A stretch of 64,000 nt of DNA from Octopus sinensis (GCF_006345805.1 NW_021832220.1:186001-250000), one strand, 5' to 3'; numbered from the stretch's first letter, positions 1 through 13,960 are shown. Numbers and translations are program-made. The notes: a model not told the origin generated them from the sequence alone.

Positions 1-182
1 CTATTCCTACAATTACTCTCACTCCAGTGTGAGAAATAGTAGAAGTGTCAATGAATAGTGAAAGACAGGATTGAAGTGTAACGCACAGAAATTACTTTTC
101 GCATTTATGATATATATATATATATACACATATATATATTTGTTGTGCAAGATTTTTTATGTGAAGTCGTGTGTTGAAACAG

Positions 183-626
183 ATATTGTTATATTTCGGA
201 ATGGTCATTTTGCCAGTTTAGCCAATAAAAACACACGCACTATATATTTGGTGTTACTTTGCTTCAGTGTTATTTATTTTTACCATTAATCTTAATCTTA
301 TTTCGGCCAGAGTTCTTTCGTCACACTCCTGTGACCGCATCAGTGGTTCTTTGCTTTCTTCTTTCTTATTTATGTTTCTCTCCTTAGTAACCGTCAGCCA
401 TTTTGTATTTCTATTGTATCAATAAGGAGAGACACATAAATAAGAAAGAAGAAAACAAAGGACCACTGATGCGGTCACAGGAGTATGACGAAAGAACTCT
501 GACCGAAATAAGATTAAGATTAATGTAAAAAATAAATAACACTGAAGCAAAATAACACCAAATATATAGTGCGTGTGTTTTTATTGGCTAAACTGGCAAA
601 ATGACCATTCCGAAATATAACAATAT
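183..626. repeat. Long palindromic (foldback) element with ~200-bp arms and a 36-bp spacer; each arm has a hammerhead-like motif
   Basis: 183-386 is the near-perfect reverse complement of 423-626 (atattgttatatttcggaatgg...ccattccgaaatataacaatat). Confidence 0.9.
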
Positions 627-667
627 ATATATATATATATATATATGAATCTTTTTACTTCATTATA

Positions 668-997
668 ATCAGCGCGCTCATCCGCTTCCCGAACTTGTCA
701 ATTAAAATTTTGTGAATGTACAAACAGCTTGTTCCTCTGTCTATCTATCTATCTATCTATCTATCTATGTATATATATATATTTATCTATCTACCTACTT
801 ACCTACCTACCTACCTACCTATATTTCTATCTATCTGTCTCCATTATCATGGAACTTCGCCCGGGGTGGGGCAGAAACAATGTTCGCCCCTTCTAGACAG
901 AAACCCCGGGGAGCATCTGTTTTATATATATGAACAAGCTGTTTGTACATTCACAAAATTCTATTTGACAAGTTCGAGAAGCGTTGAGGACGCTGAT
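668..997. repeat. MITE-like element with ~65-bp imperfect inverted arms and an internal (TATC)n/(TACC)n microsatellite
   Basis: gaacttgtcaattaaaattttgtgaatgtacaaacagcttgttc pairs with gaacaagctgtttgtacattcacaaaattctatttgacaagttc. Confidence 0.75.
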
Positions 998-1949
998 GAT
1001 GATGAACTAAAATGATTTTTTTCCAAGATTCTGACAACCTTTTTTCTTAATATATATATATACATATATTTTTTAATAATGTATTATTATTATTATTAAT
1101 ATAAGGAAATCAATATTGAACTCATCATAAAGATATACCCGTGTGAAAAACCTTATTGTATTAAAAATATATATAAATAAATATAAAATTATAAATATAA
1201 TGTATAAGATAAATATATGCTTATCAATATAGGATTTCATTCTAGGGACAACTCTTCTGCGAAACGATCGTAAGATGCTTTAAATAATGAATTCAAAACT
1301 TTTAATCTTTCAAATTTATCTTATACACTATATTTATAATTTTATATTTATTTATTTATATATATTTTTAATACAATAAGGTTGATTTCCTTATATTATT
1401 AATAATAATATATTATTAAAAAATATAAGTATATATCGCTCATATTAAATATATACTTTAATAGTATTAATATTTTTATACAATGGAGCACTCAATATAA
1501 ATTCAGTATATAATATTCTTATTGAATATATTTACCTAAAGATTTATATATATATATGAAGGACAACAAAAGGACGTGCACAAGGAATGTATTAGATTGA
1601 CAGTCGATGAAAATAGAGAGTTTGGTGTTTCGAGGATAGCTCTTTGTCAGAAAGGAGAAAGGGAAAAGGCCAAAGAAGGAAAGGAAATTGCAAACAGCAC
1701 GTGTGTGATTACATTGCTGAAGTAACTAGAAGTAGAAAGAGATAGAGAAAGTGTTTTTTGGGGGACAAGCGAGTACGTAGACAGTCAATATGTATGTGTG
1801 TGGTAGTATCTGTTTGTGTTTGTGTGAGTGATGTGCGTTTGATGGTGTGAGTCAACGAGCAGGGAGGTGGAAAGTGTGAGTGTGTGTGTGTGTGTGTTTG
1901 CATGTGTGCATATGACAGAGTGGGAATGTATGTGTTTGAGTGTGTGTGC

Positions 1950-1989
<40 letters not shown>

Positions 1990-1992
<3 letters not shown>

Positions 1993-4325
1993 CTCTGCAA
2001 TTTCAATTCCCGACATATAAAAACCAAACCAGCCAATCCCACTTCATGGCACTCATTTGACAACATAAACTTCCACAAAGCGGACTGGGGAGCAATCAGA
2101 AAGGATCTATCTTGCATCGACTGGTCTTTTACTCTCAATTCCACCCATACTGAGACCGCATGGCAGCACTTTGAAAACATTGTCACCTATACATGCTCTA
2201 AACACGCTCCCATGAAATCTACTAACACAAACAGAAACCGGCTCCCTAAAAAGAAAAAAACACTCATCAGGCGCATCAAAAGACTCAACAAAAATATCAA
2301 CCAATTAAAATATTCCCACATACAACATCCAAATTCAACAACAATGAAAAGGCTAGAGCTGGAAAAACTTCATCTACAGAACGACATGAAAACCTCCATT
2401 GAAAATCAAAGAGCTGTGGAGGAACAGTGGGTAATCAAAAACATCAAACAGAACCCAAAAGTGTTCTATTCTTATGCAAATAAGCATAGAACCACTGTCT
2501 CACCCATTGGGCCATTGATTGATGATAACGGCATTCCCTAACACGATGCTAAAGAAATGGCAGAAATACTGCAGAAACAATACTACTCTGTCTTTAGTGT
2601 TCCCACTGATATTGACGCAAGAGAAGCGAACGAAGTTGAATCTCAACATAAAATCTCAGACATAACCTTCACTGCCACTGACATCACAGCAGCAATAAAT
2701 GAGGTCAAATACTACTCTGCTGTAGGCCCTGATAGATTCCCCGCTAGTCTCCTGAAGGAATGTAGACACCAACTTGCAGTCCCTCTGACCAACCTCTGGA
2801 GAAATTCGTTAGACGCAGGTTATATACCGAAACAGTTTCTATCCCAGTCAGTCATCCCGGTTTTCAAACAGGGAAACAGATCCCTCGCACTCAACTATCG
2901 CCCAATATCACTCACCTCCCCCATTATTCAAAGTGTTTGAAATAGTGTTATGATCAAGGATAGCTGACTTCCTGGAGACCCACAAACTCCTAAATGCAAA
3001 TCAGCATGGCTTTCGCTGTGGCAGGGAATGTCTAACACAGCTCTTACACCACATTGAAGATGTACTCAAAGCCTTGGGAACAGGTTCGAACTCTGATGTC
3101 ATATATCTTGACTTCAGTAAAGCGTTCGACAGGGTAGACCATAATATCCTACTCTCAAAATTGGCAAATGTTGGAATCCGCGGAAAAGTTCTACACTGGA
3201 TCAAGTATTTCCTGGTGAATAGATCACATGTTGTAGTTGATGGAGTCCACTCAAGCCCAGCAAAAGTCACCAGCAGTGTCCCTCAGGGGACTGTCTTGGG
3301 TCCGCTACTCTTCATAATCTACATAAACGACCTTTCCAGTGTCGTACATTACTGCAAAGTGAAAATATTTGCTGATGACACTAAGCTCCAGCAAATCGTC
3401 AATGAAGAAGCAGACCGAACTCAACTCCAGTCTGATCTATATGCTGTGAGTCAATGGGCAGACAGAAACAAAATGCAACTGAACGAGGGAAAATTTGAGC
3501 TGATGCATTTTGGAAGAAATTCCTCACTAAAACAGCCATACTCTCTTCCTTCAGGGGAACCGCTCACAGCCTCTAACAATATCAGAGACCTGGGTGTAAT
3601 TGTTGATGACGATCTCAGTTGGAGTGCACACATCAACAAGAAGGTCGATATAGCTCGTAGGATGAGTTCCTGGATCTTAAGAACTTTCTGGTCCAGAGAA
3701 CAAGGTGTCATCATACCACTTTTCTCCTCCTTTGTACGGCCACACCTCGAATACTGCTGCCCACTGTGGTCTCCCCATACAAGACAAAACATCTCGAGGA
3801 TTGAATCACCCCAGAGAGCACTCACTAAACGAATTGAAGGCATGGCTGCTCTCGATTATTGGGATTGCCTTAAAGCCTTGAAACTCTACTCTCTCCAGCG
3901 TCGCCGTGAGCGGTACATCATTTGTACGATGTGGAGAATATACCGCCAACTTTGCCCAAACAACCTGAACATTAGCTTCAAGGTTCATCCAAGACTGGGA
4001 CCACGGGCCATACGTCCCCTGCCCAATTCAAGATCACAGCATACATGTACACTACAACATAATTTCTTTTCCTCAACAGGCCCTAGATTAAAGAAGAACA
4101 GGATCCCATCAACTTTAAACGGAGTCTGGATAGATTCCTTCATGGAATACCAGATAAGCCACCCATAATTGAATACAACTCATCCAACAAAAACTCACAA
4201 CTTGAATGGACCATAAACAAAACTTGACTTAAACAGGATTCAAATAATCCTATCAGGTGGTGCTATTAAGTTAGACATGGCCTGGACCAATCTTTGGTCG
4301 AAACATATCTAAGTTTATCTAAGTT
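1990..4325 (+). mobile_element. 5'-truncated CR1-group LINE, ORF2 broken by stops and frameshifts
   Basis: ORF fragments 2212-2541, 2557-2940 and 3074-4168 contain NYRPISLTS, DFSKAFDRVDH, VPQGTVLGPLLFIIYIND, FADDTK and RPHLEYCCPLWSP; the 3' end has the short repeat atctaagttt x2. Confidence 0.92.
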
Positions 4326-4834
4326 TATATATATATATATATATTATATATATATATATATATGTATGTCTCTTCTACTTTTTAATTATTATAAATCTTC
4401 CACTGAGGAAGTTTCCAACAAAGATACAAGGCGCCATCTTTGGGATGTAGTTAACACAGACAAATTCATATTTGGAACTTTAAAAAAATCTTGTATATTT
4501 TTACTGTTCCACTCACAGATTGCACTTGTATGAATTAGCCGGTCAATTTGTCTTTCTGAAAATCCCAGTTTATCCAGATTCCCCTTTAAGCATTTATTAA
4601 CGAAAACTAATGCGTCAATTATTGTATGTACATATATATAAAAGTATGTATGAATGTATGTATGTATACACACACACGTGTGTGCGTATATATGTGCATG
4701 AGGTCTTGTGTGTGGAAGTATTTGTACGTGCGCGTGTCTACATATGAGTGTGTATGTATATATATGTGGTGTGTGTGTGTGTGTGTGTGTATATAAGTGC
4801 GTATAAGTGTATGTCTCTCTCTCTATATATATAT

Positions 4835-5300
4835 AAACTTTCGATCAATGCTGATAAAACTAATCACATTGTATTCAAACCTGCACGCAAAATGCTCCAG
4901 AGATGGTCAAACAATTGATGAGAAATAGTGCTGCTCTTAAGATGGTGGATTGTATGAAGTTTTTGGGTATAGCAATAAATGAAGATCTAAATTGGAAAAA
5001 ATAATAGTGGGGATTTCAATATATATTGTCCAGACTCATGGGTATTGCTTTCAAGATTAGACCCTATGTAAATAATAGACCATTACTATCTCACTACAGT
5101 TCGATGATATATCTGACATTCATATATTCAAATGTGGTATGGTGCAATAAATACAATTATTTTATAGACAAAATTTTACTGTATCAAAAATGTTCTTGAG
5201 AATATTGGAAGGAACACATCGAATAGCATACACCTCTAAAAAGTCTTCTTTTTAAAAAATACAAGGTTTCAAATATCTTCCTAATGAATAAGAAAAGCTA
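4835..5300 (+). mobile_element. Old degenerate LINE relic (L2/Crack-like RT C-terminal region)
   Basis: Piecewise translation gives SINADKTNHIVFKP...KFLGIAINEDLNWK...YSNVVWCNK...KILLYQK, matching the LN.xKT / KFLG..ID..L.W / Y...VW..LQK pattern. Confidence 0.6.
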
Positions 5301-6242
5301 TCATTATTTGCTCATAAGCACCAAATTGATATGTATATGCCTTTCTTGTTGAGGAAAAAGACTAACTTCGAAGAGAATGGCAGAGAGAATAGAAACCAGA
5401 ACAAAACATTCATTGGTATGATTAGCCTAAATAGATCGAAGAACATATTTAATTTGGTGCATATTTTATGAACAATGGTTTGCTTGATGGTACCAAAGCT
5501 ACACAAAATACAAATACTTTTAAGCGAAAGCAGTTAGATTTATTGATAATAATATCTAGAATGCAGTGTAAGATCACCCTTTGTTGGTCCTGCCTTGATG
5601 TTGATTTTCTTTGACTACATACTATCCTTACACTAGGAATAGTAACACACATTCTTCTATTGTTAATCTCTTATTGGATAGATTGAACCTTGTAACCTCC
5701 GCTCTGGTGTGAATATGGTAACCATTAGGTTATTTATTATGTTCATAAAATATCATATGATTGTAGTTGTACTCATGCTTGTCTTCAACAGAGAGACTGT
5801 GCATCAACAGACGTTTCTACTGAGTCACGTTACTGCCTCGTAGCCAAACTAAAAAGAATACAAAAAATCCCATTTCATAGTGAGGTGTGTGTGTAAGTTT
5901 GCATTGATAAAGTATTGGTAGTAATCAAAGAAACAAATAAGAAATATTGAATTTTACGGAAGCTAAAGCAATACATTTTAGCCAAAAATAGTGTTCGCTA
6001 TTTCAGTATAATATACCATACTGATCAAGTGGTGTAAACAGATAGGTATGTTTGAAAGATAGAAATCGGTCTGATAAAGTATAGATATTCATGTGAACCA
6101 CGAAATATAGTGAATATCGGCTGACATCTAATCACGTGGAGGTTTATTATAGTGAAATGGAGAAGACTGAAAAAATATCTAACATGCATCATTTCAGCTT
6201 TCAAAGCATTTTTTACCCTTTTAAATTATCTAAGACAATTCT

Positions 6243-8077
6243 AGGGATGCTGTAAGTAAGGTTAGGGTTGGCAACGTGTACACTGAAGAATTCAAGGTAG
6301 AGGTTGGGGTCCACCAGGGTTCAGTCCTCAGCCCCCTCCTATTTATCATAGTCCTCCAGGCAATTACGGAGGAATTCAAGACAGGATGCCCCTGGGAGCT
6401 CCTCTATGCTGACGACCTTGCTCTAATTGCTGAGTCACTATCAGAACTGGAGGAGAAGTTTCAGGTGTGGAAGGAGGGTTTAGAACCGAGGGGCCTTAGA
6501 GTCAACCTAGCTAAAACCAAAGTCCTAATAAGTAGGAAGGTAGACAAACCACAAACGCCGTCAGGTAGATGGCCCTGCTCGATCTGTAGAAAAGGCGTAG
6601 GTAGAAACTCTATAAGATGTACCCAGTGTAAGCTATGGACACATAAGAGTGCAGCAATGTCAAAGGAAGGCTAACTGAGAAGATAGCTTTTGTATGTGGC
6701 AGATGCTCAGGTGCAATAAACACTGACAATGCGCAGGGAACAACTTCCGCCACATTCCAGGGGGAAAAACTAGAAATAGTTGATAGCTTCCGTTATCTAG
6801 GTGACCAATTCAGTAGCGGAGGAGGGTGCGCTGAAAGTGTAGCTGCTAGAATAAGTATAGCTTGGGCAAAGTTCAGAGAGCTCTTACCTCTGCTGGCGAC
6901 AAAGGGCCTCTCGCTCAGAGTAAAAGGTAGACTGTATGATGCATGTGTACGAACAGCCATGCTACATGGCAGTGAAACATGGGCTGTGACTGCTGAGGAC
7001 ATGCATAAGCTTGCAAGGAATGAAGCCAGTATGCTCCAATGGATGTGTAATGTCAGTGTGCATACTCGACAGAGTGTAAGTACCTTGAGAGAAATGTTGG
7101 ACCTAAGAAGCATCAGCTGTGGTGTGCAAGAGACACGATTGCGCTGGTATGGTCATGTGGCGAGAATGGATGAAGATAGGTGTGTGAAAAAGTGCCAATC
7201 TCTAGCAGTTGAGGGAACCCATGGAAGAGGTAGACCCAGGAAAATCTGAGACAAGGTGGTGAAGCACGACCATCAAACTTTAGGCCTCACCGAGGCAATG
7301 ACTAGCGACCGAGACCTTTGGAAATATGCTGTGCGTGAGAAAACCCGGCAGGACAAGTGAGCCCAGCCCACTTATGCATGCCTTTTCTCCCTTGGACACA
7401 CGAAAACCTGTTGAGGCAAGCGAAGTCGAAATCGAACCTCATCCGACGACAGGCACCCATGCCAACCTCCCTTCATTGGACACTAAACTCTGCTTGCGAA
7501 GACCTGTTGGGGCAAGTGAAATCGGAATCGAAATTGAACCAATCCTATGACTAGCACCCGGCAGTTGCCAGGACCGCTGGACTTACTCCTGTGCAGGTGG
7601 CAAGTGAAGAAACACCATTTCTACCCTGCTTGAGGAGATCCATTGAGTCAAGTACACCAACATCAAAATCAATGGAAACTGCAGTTGTGATCCCTGTACC
7701 GGTGGCACATAAAAAGCACCATCTGAATGTGGCTGATGCCAGCGCTGCCTAGACTGGCTTCCGTGCCGGTGGCACGTAAAAAGCACCATCCGAATCGTAG
7801 CCGATGCCAGCGCCGCCTTGACTGGCTTCCGTGCCGGTGGCACGTAAAATGCACCAATCCGATCATGGCCGTTGCCAGCCTCGCCTGGCACCTGTGTCGG
7901 TGGCACGTAAAAAGCACCCACTACAATCACGGAGTGGTTGGCGTTAGGAAGGGCATCCAGCTGTAGAAACATTGCTAGATCAGACTGGAGCCTGGTGCAG
8001 CCTTCTGGCTTCCCAGATCCCCGGTCGAACTGTCCAACCCATGCTAGCATGGAGAACGGACGTTAAACGATGATGAT
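6243..8077 (+). mobile_element. 5'-truncated RTE-clade LINE with a PHD-like finger inside ORF2, a repeat-rich 3'UTR and a (GAT)n tail
   Basis: GVHQGSVLSPLLF, LLYADDL, FRYLG, MLHGSETW, RLRWYGHV and RGRGRPRK motifs; ends ...ggacgttaaacgatgatgatg. Confidence 0.93.
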
Positions 8078-8188
8078 GTATGTGTGTGTCTCTTATATTT
8101 TTTAATTACTATAAATATTCCATTGAGGAGGGAGCTGGTTTCCAACAGATACAAGGCTCCATCTTTGGGATGTAGTTAACACGCATAC

Positions 8189-8260
8189 AGGGATGTAGCT
8201 CAATGATAGAGCATTCGCTTAGCATGCAAAAGGCCCTGGGTTCGATCCCCGGCATCTCCA
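8189..8260 (+). tRNA. tRNA-Ala(AGC), probably a pseudogene
   Basis: 72-nt cloverleaf with anticodon loop TT-AGC-AT, intact GGTTCGATCCC B-box and G3:U70 pair, but an A1-C72 mismatch, altered D-loop (AATGATA) and a C-A mismatch in the anticodon stem. Confidence 0.75.
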
Positions 8261-9469
8261 AACTGCTTTATATTATATATGTATGTATATATAAGTCCTT
8301 ACAAATGTAGTTTAGAAACTTGCTGACTTACCTTTCAGTAAAAAAATTGTATATGCTAGTTCTTGGTACAGCATAAAGGATATGTTAGACAGATATTATG
8401 GCAGTAAGGAAGAATTGCATTTATGTGTGCATTTATGTGTGCATCTATGTGTGTATATGCCTGCTTATGCATGTAAGTACATGTGAAAATCTACGAGCGC
8501 GAGTAGTATGTGTTTTCTGTTAACATTTCGCCATCAGTAGTTTGCGTTCTATAAATTATCAGATGATGTATTTCAAACAGCGATTTACCATATGTACTTA
8601 TAAATTTATGTCTATCTACCAACTGACATGTTTTAGAATTAGCTTAGTTGAGGCAGCAGCTGTAATGAGCCAGGGGAGTGGGAGAATTCACATACTTAGG
8701 GACTTGCAAGATACTTGTTGTTGCAGTTAAGTTATCAGCCGAATAAAAAGATTTCTCACCAATAGATATATCGTGTCACTGTCTAGCTCGAGACAATTCA
8801 GTACATTTACACATTAAATAACATTGTATTGGGTGTAGTGTTTCAGTTTTGAAACTTTGTACTCTGTCCACAGACCAAGCTGTTTCTTTACACAGTAACA
8901 TGAAGCAAAGAATAGTATGTGGCACAGTGTAATAATCTCAACATGTTACAGTCACTCTACCATTCAATAATTTTCTCTACATCTGGTGATATTTTAGCAG
9001 CATAACTAACCTGAATCAAAAGACCATTTTCCCCAACCACCCAAAATATTATAACCACGACATCATTATATCCTTCTGAAAGAATGTAATTTGAAAGAGA
9101 TTTTCCTACTCTTTCCACAGATAGAGTGATTATGTGCAAGGTCAATTTGAAACTCGTACACAGCAGGTGTGTGGTTGCATGGTTTTTCAGTCAAAATTGT
9201 CTCACCTTTCTTTAACCTATGTCTATGTCTCACAATGTCTTGTGAGGGACATGAGTCTGTTATTTCTAACATATCTAGTGATCCCGCAGAGGCTTCTTTG
9301 ATGGTTTGTATATCAAGGATATCTTGCATATTTGCCTGTGTATGTATCTGCATATGTATATATAATATATATTCAATATAATATAACCATAATTTGAGAA
9401 ACAAATCTAATGTACACTCAGAACCACACTCTCACACAAACATGTATTTTTGCCTCTCATATGGTGGAT

Positions 9470-9507
<38 letters not shown>

Positions 9508-9533
9508 TACAAGAGTTATGGAATGGAGTTTGT

Positions 9534-9740
9534 GAAATCTGGGCTATATATATTTCATAGCAAATGGAGCCTAAGAAGTGGTAAAATCCAAGTATGGTGT
9601 ATACCATCAGCTACTGTTTAGGCCAAGGATATCTTGATTGGATTAAAGGCTACTGAAAAGTATCCGCCGGTATACACCTCACTTGGATTTTACCACTTCT
9701 GAGGTTCCAGTCGCTATGAAACATATGTAGCCCGAATTTC
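9534..9740. repeat. Palindromic element with ~70-bp imperfect arms
   Basis: gaagtggtaaaatccaagtatggtgtatacc pairs with ggtatacacctcacttggattttaccacttc. Confidence 0.75.
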
Positions 9741-12700
9741 CCATACTCTATTCCTTAACTCTTGTGTTATTTATCGCACACTTGGCAAATGAGGTTGTGA
9801 TGGTGAACACATAAATCAAACTTGGACAGGAGACTGACAAGAACATGTCTTCCTTGTTTCAGCTACAACAGAGAGAAAGAAACACAAATTAGGAGTAGAA
9901 AGAAAGATAGCTGATGGTCACGTATGAACCATGTGAACAAGGGAGGAGGAGTGAGGGAGAGAGAGGGACAAACACACACACACATGTATATATGTGTGTG
10001 TGTATGTATGTATGTATGTATGTATATATATATATACAATAGATTCATTGATGATCAAGGCTTATCAAAGTGAAAAATGCAACAAATTAACTTGACAGAA
10101 GCACCCAGAGAAGATAGTGAAGTAATCTGTTATCCAAGCATATAAAGTATTGATGAAGTAAAGTCAGTGTTAGGTACTTCGCAATTCCAAGAGTGGAACC
10201 TTGAATGTGGTGTAACAGATAAAACAAACGAATTGGTTTTCAAGCATTGCTACAATTGTTTCACTAGGAGTTTTTTTTATTTTGATGTATCATTTAGAGT
10301 ACGCAACACAGTATATAACTTCCAAGCTCATCAAGCAGCCATGTAAACAAGTGAACAACGACTTGTTGGGTAATCCACAGAATTTTCAACAGCTGAAATT
10401 TCAAAACAGATCATTAATTCACCATCATTATATGGCAGAACTTTACTTGTTATAGATAATTTTATATCATACCTAACAATCCTCTCCTTTAGGCTCTGGA
10501 CGAATTTTTTGAAGAGAAATGATGTTTTCTTTTTTTTTCTAAATTTGAACGAAGTGATGTGATCATGTAACAGTTGCATAAAAACCTAAGTGATAGTAAG
10601 TAGGTTCCCTGTTGTTAATGAGCATTTGTACACTAAGTTCTTTCTTAGTGGACATTTTAGGCGATTTGCTTTATAGCTATATAAACGGTTTAGCCTGTAA
10701 TTAAGAGACTTATTTAAAAATTTCACATTCTATCTATATTAGGTGTTTAGCAAGTAGTCCCATCTACATTAAGATACGACACATCCGATATATATGCTTT
10801 CATAATTCATGCTTGTTACTTCGGTATTATTACGTGTAATCCTTTGTAGTTTTTTATCATTACTTTCCTTAACCTCATTATTACTAGTACTATGACCTTT
10901 AGTGCCACTATCATTACTAAAATATTATCTTCCTTACTATTGCCACTGTGGTTAATATTATTATTGCCAATATTATTGTTATTGTTGCTACTACAATCCA
11001 TATTACAGTTATTAAATGAGTTGGCCAAATTCACTTCAAGAAACTTCTTTGTGTTACGTACTGCTATAATTTCAGCCAAGCTTCTTTTAGCCAAGTAAAT
11101 TTAGCATAAATGAATATGAATTGATCAATATGCTTATTGAATTAATCCCAGAATTATATAATACCAATGGATCCGAATGTACGTAAGCTGATTAAAAATG
11201 TATACTTCTCCACTTTTGTGGGTGGGACTAAAAGGATCGGGTACAGTTTAGATGGCAAAATAGCTTGAGGGACATACAATGCACTAAATTACCTTTTGCG
11301 ATTTGGGAAGTGACCTTGAAGATGTAGTGCTTGGTAAACACCACCCAAACTGTAAGGATGATGTATGATATAAGAATGTGCTGGCTAACTACAACGAGGC
11401 AGTAACGGATGACCCGGTAGTTGCAGGTGAGAAAGAAATCATAGTACTTGGAGTATCTGAGAGTCAATCAGGGATGCGTATATGGGATGAGACAAATCGA
11501 CGAAGGGAGTTGGGGTGTGGAAAAGATTCAGGTTTTGCACTGGCGACACCAGCGGCAAGAATGTGGGAAAGAGTAAGACAGCTACAAAGACTTACAAAAG
11601 ATAAAAGTCACCAAGAACAATAAGAAATATGTTCCATGTGTTAGCTTCATTACATTATGTCTTAGTAACTTTATAGATTAACAACTGTTTTATTAGTAGC
11701 AATTCATCATTTTATGACACCAGTCAGCATCGAATATACAATATAAATATATTTAACAATGTATTCTTACCAGATGTTACCTGTTTTGGTGTAGTCTTCA
11801 CTTTTTTCCCCTACTCAACTAACGTAAGTATAATGCTTGTAAGTGGTCACTTGATAGAAAGCAGAGCAAAATCTCCCTCAAACCACACCCTACTATCCTA
11901 AAAAAGAAAAGAGAAATAGGATAATGCAGTCTTAGATAAATATGCCTGAAAACAGAAAGGCTGGTGATGGCTGGAACGCCTTTGATCACAGGTCTGCTCT
12001 ATCAAAACTGACATTGGGCTTAACGATAGCAAAATCTTCTACCTAAACTATTGATTAACGATATAGACATAAATCACTTGAAGGAACACAAACATGCCTA
12101 TGTGGTTAAAAGTTTAAATTCACATCTAGGTGGTTCTGAGTTCGAACTAGCTGTATGGCAGCCTTAGCAGGTATCTTCTATAGTGCCTCACTTTGACCAG
12201 CCACATTGTGAGTTGAAAGTGTTTGGTCACTTCATATCAATGTAAAATGTATACCCGTTAGCCAGACAGAACCATGGTATATCTGGTGCAACACATTTGT
12301 GAATCGAACCTAATTGATGGTTTACTATCTGTGTGTCAAAAGTTTGCTGGACCAGATCTCAACTGAGGCTGTACAACACCAAGATTGATGAACATGAAGT
12401 TGTCCATAAACGCACTACAACTTCTGACACACGAAAGTTCCCTTTCCTCACTATCTACCTTTGTTACTACCATTGCAATGGTGTCTACTTCTGGAAGTTG
12501 TTTGGTCTCTCACCACCTACATTAACCCTCTCCAGACTCACTAAACTCTCTTATATGTGTCTTTCATAATGTGGTAGCCCATATTAAAATCTCTGAAATA
12601 ACTGAATAATTACACGTTTTTCTTCTTGCCATCAACTTCAAATGTTTTAAGAAACAGTAACCATGTTGACCTCAAAGGCCATGAAAACAACCCCTTCCTT

Positions 12701-13592
12701 TAGAAAACAGATTCACAATATTTTGTAGCTGGTATTTGACAAATGTCTTTCCCACCGTTTTACAAAAAAATAAAGATTATTGTAATCAAATTGAACCCAA
12801 TTTTGCGCAGTGGTGTCCATAAGTTTTTACAGTAGGTCCGCCGTGCATGTGCATCGTTTTAGATATTTTACATGAAGTAGTGTGCTCTTATGCTGAATTT
12901 GTACAGAAATTCTGAAAGAAAGAGAAGACTTATTATTTTGGAACTTGAAACTCATCAGCCATATTTCTGATTACACTGTTCTTCTCATATCCCAATTCTT
13001 GCAACTATTTCGAAAATGTGTTTAAACGAATGTGCTGTATTTGTTAAAATATTTCTTCAGCGACCCTGTAGTAACTACTTCACATTTTTTTTTGAGCCTC
13101 TGTGAACTCGCAACGCTCCAAAACTGGCGCTATCATCTAGGTTAAGATCCACTGCTCTAAACCATGCCAGTCTAAAAAGAAAAGTAAATAGCTCTATGAG
13201 TGAATTATTATTACTCCAACTCTGCAGATTACCCGTTTGTTCTTAACAAAGCGTTAAAGAAAGATATAGATAAGTAAACAGGCATAAATATATAATTGCA
13301 GCTAGTAAACAAGTGTTTGGTGGGATTTTCTATTGAATTTTCAACTGATGATAAATTACTAATGGCTATTATAACAGACATTACGAGTGCACACACACAC
13401 ACACCTTTGCTGATGTGTCACAGTTGATGACAAAATCCACCTTTTCTGCCGTAGCATCAGTGTAACGTATTCCTTAGACTGTACTCAAAAATATAACAAA
13501 CAACTTTCTAATTAAACGGTAAGTCTGCAAAGTCCTTAGCCTTATTCTTAAATGTATAAATATCTATCTATATATCTACCTCTCTCCTTTTA

Positions 13593-13624
<32 letters not shown>

Positions 13625-13629
13625 CCTAT

Positions 13630-13960
13630 TCATCTTTTTACTCTTTTCATTTGTTTCGCCATCTGACTGCGGTCATGCTGAAACACCACCTTAAAGAGTG
13701 TTAGTCGAAAAAATCGACCCCAGAACTTATTCTTTGTAAGCCTAGCACTAATTCTATCGGACTGTTTTGCTGAGCCACTAAGTTACAGGGACATAAACAC
13801 ACCAGCATCACTTGTCAAGCGATGGTAGAGGGACAAATACAAACATACAAACACAAATATATACATACATATATATGACAGACTTCTTTCAATTTCCGTC
13901 TACAAATCCCCTCATAGGTCTTCGGTAAGCTTCTTACCACACAGCCACGCTTATGCCTAT
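13630..13960 (-). mobile_element. tRNA-derived SINE (degenerate copy of the family seen at 41695-42095)
   Basis: Shares blocks such as gactgcggtcatgctgaaacacc, atcgacccc, ttgtcaagcgatgg and cttaccacacagccac with the other copies. Confidence 0.8.

Noticed and set aside
4275-4312. gacc-aatcttt-ggtc-GAAAC at the CR1 3' end resembling a hammerhead
   Set aside because: No CUGANGA core; better explained as the usual LINE 3' stem-loop.
5792-5896. RDCASTDVSTESRYC...EVCV* resembling exon 3 of the peptide family
   Set aside because: The good acceptor gives phase 0, the Cys spacing differs and no upstream exons were found.
7660-7920. Regularly spaced ccggtggcacgtaaaa repeats resembling a CRISPR array (also 14140-14420 and 45230-45430)
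   Set aside because: Spacers are related to each other, the repeats are part of the RTE 3'UTR, there are no cas genes and the context is eukaryotic.
8957-9404. Minus-strand ORFs faintly like a Ginger or integrase fragment (FQIDL)
   Set aside because: Too few motif residues to support a call.
10816-11094. Asn-rich ORF
   Set aside because: It comes from an AAT-type low-complexity tract, with no splice or domain support.
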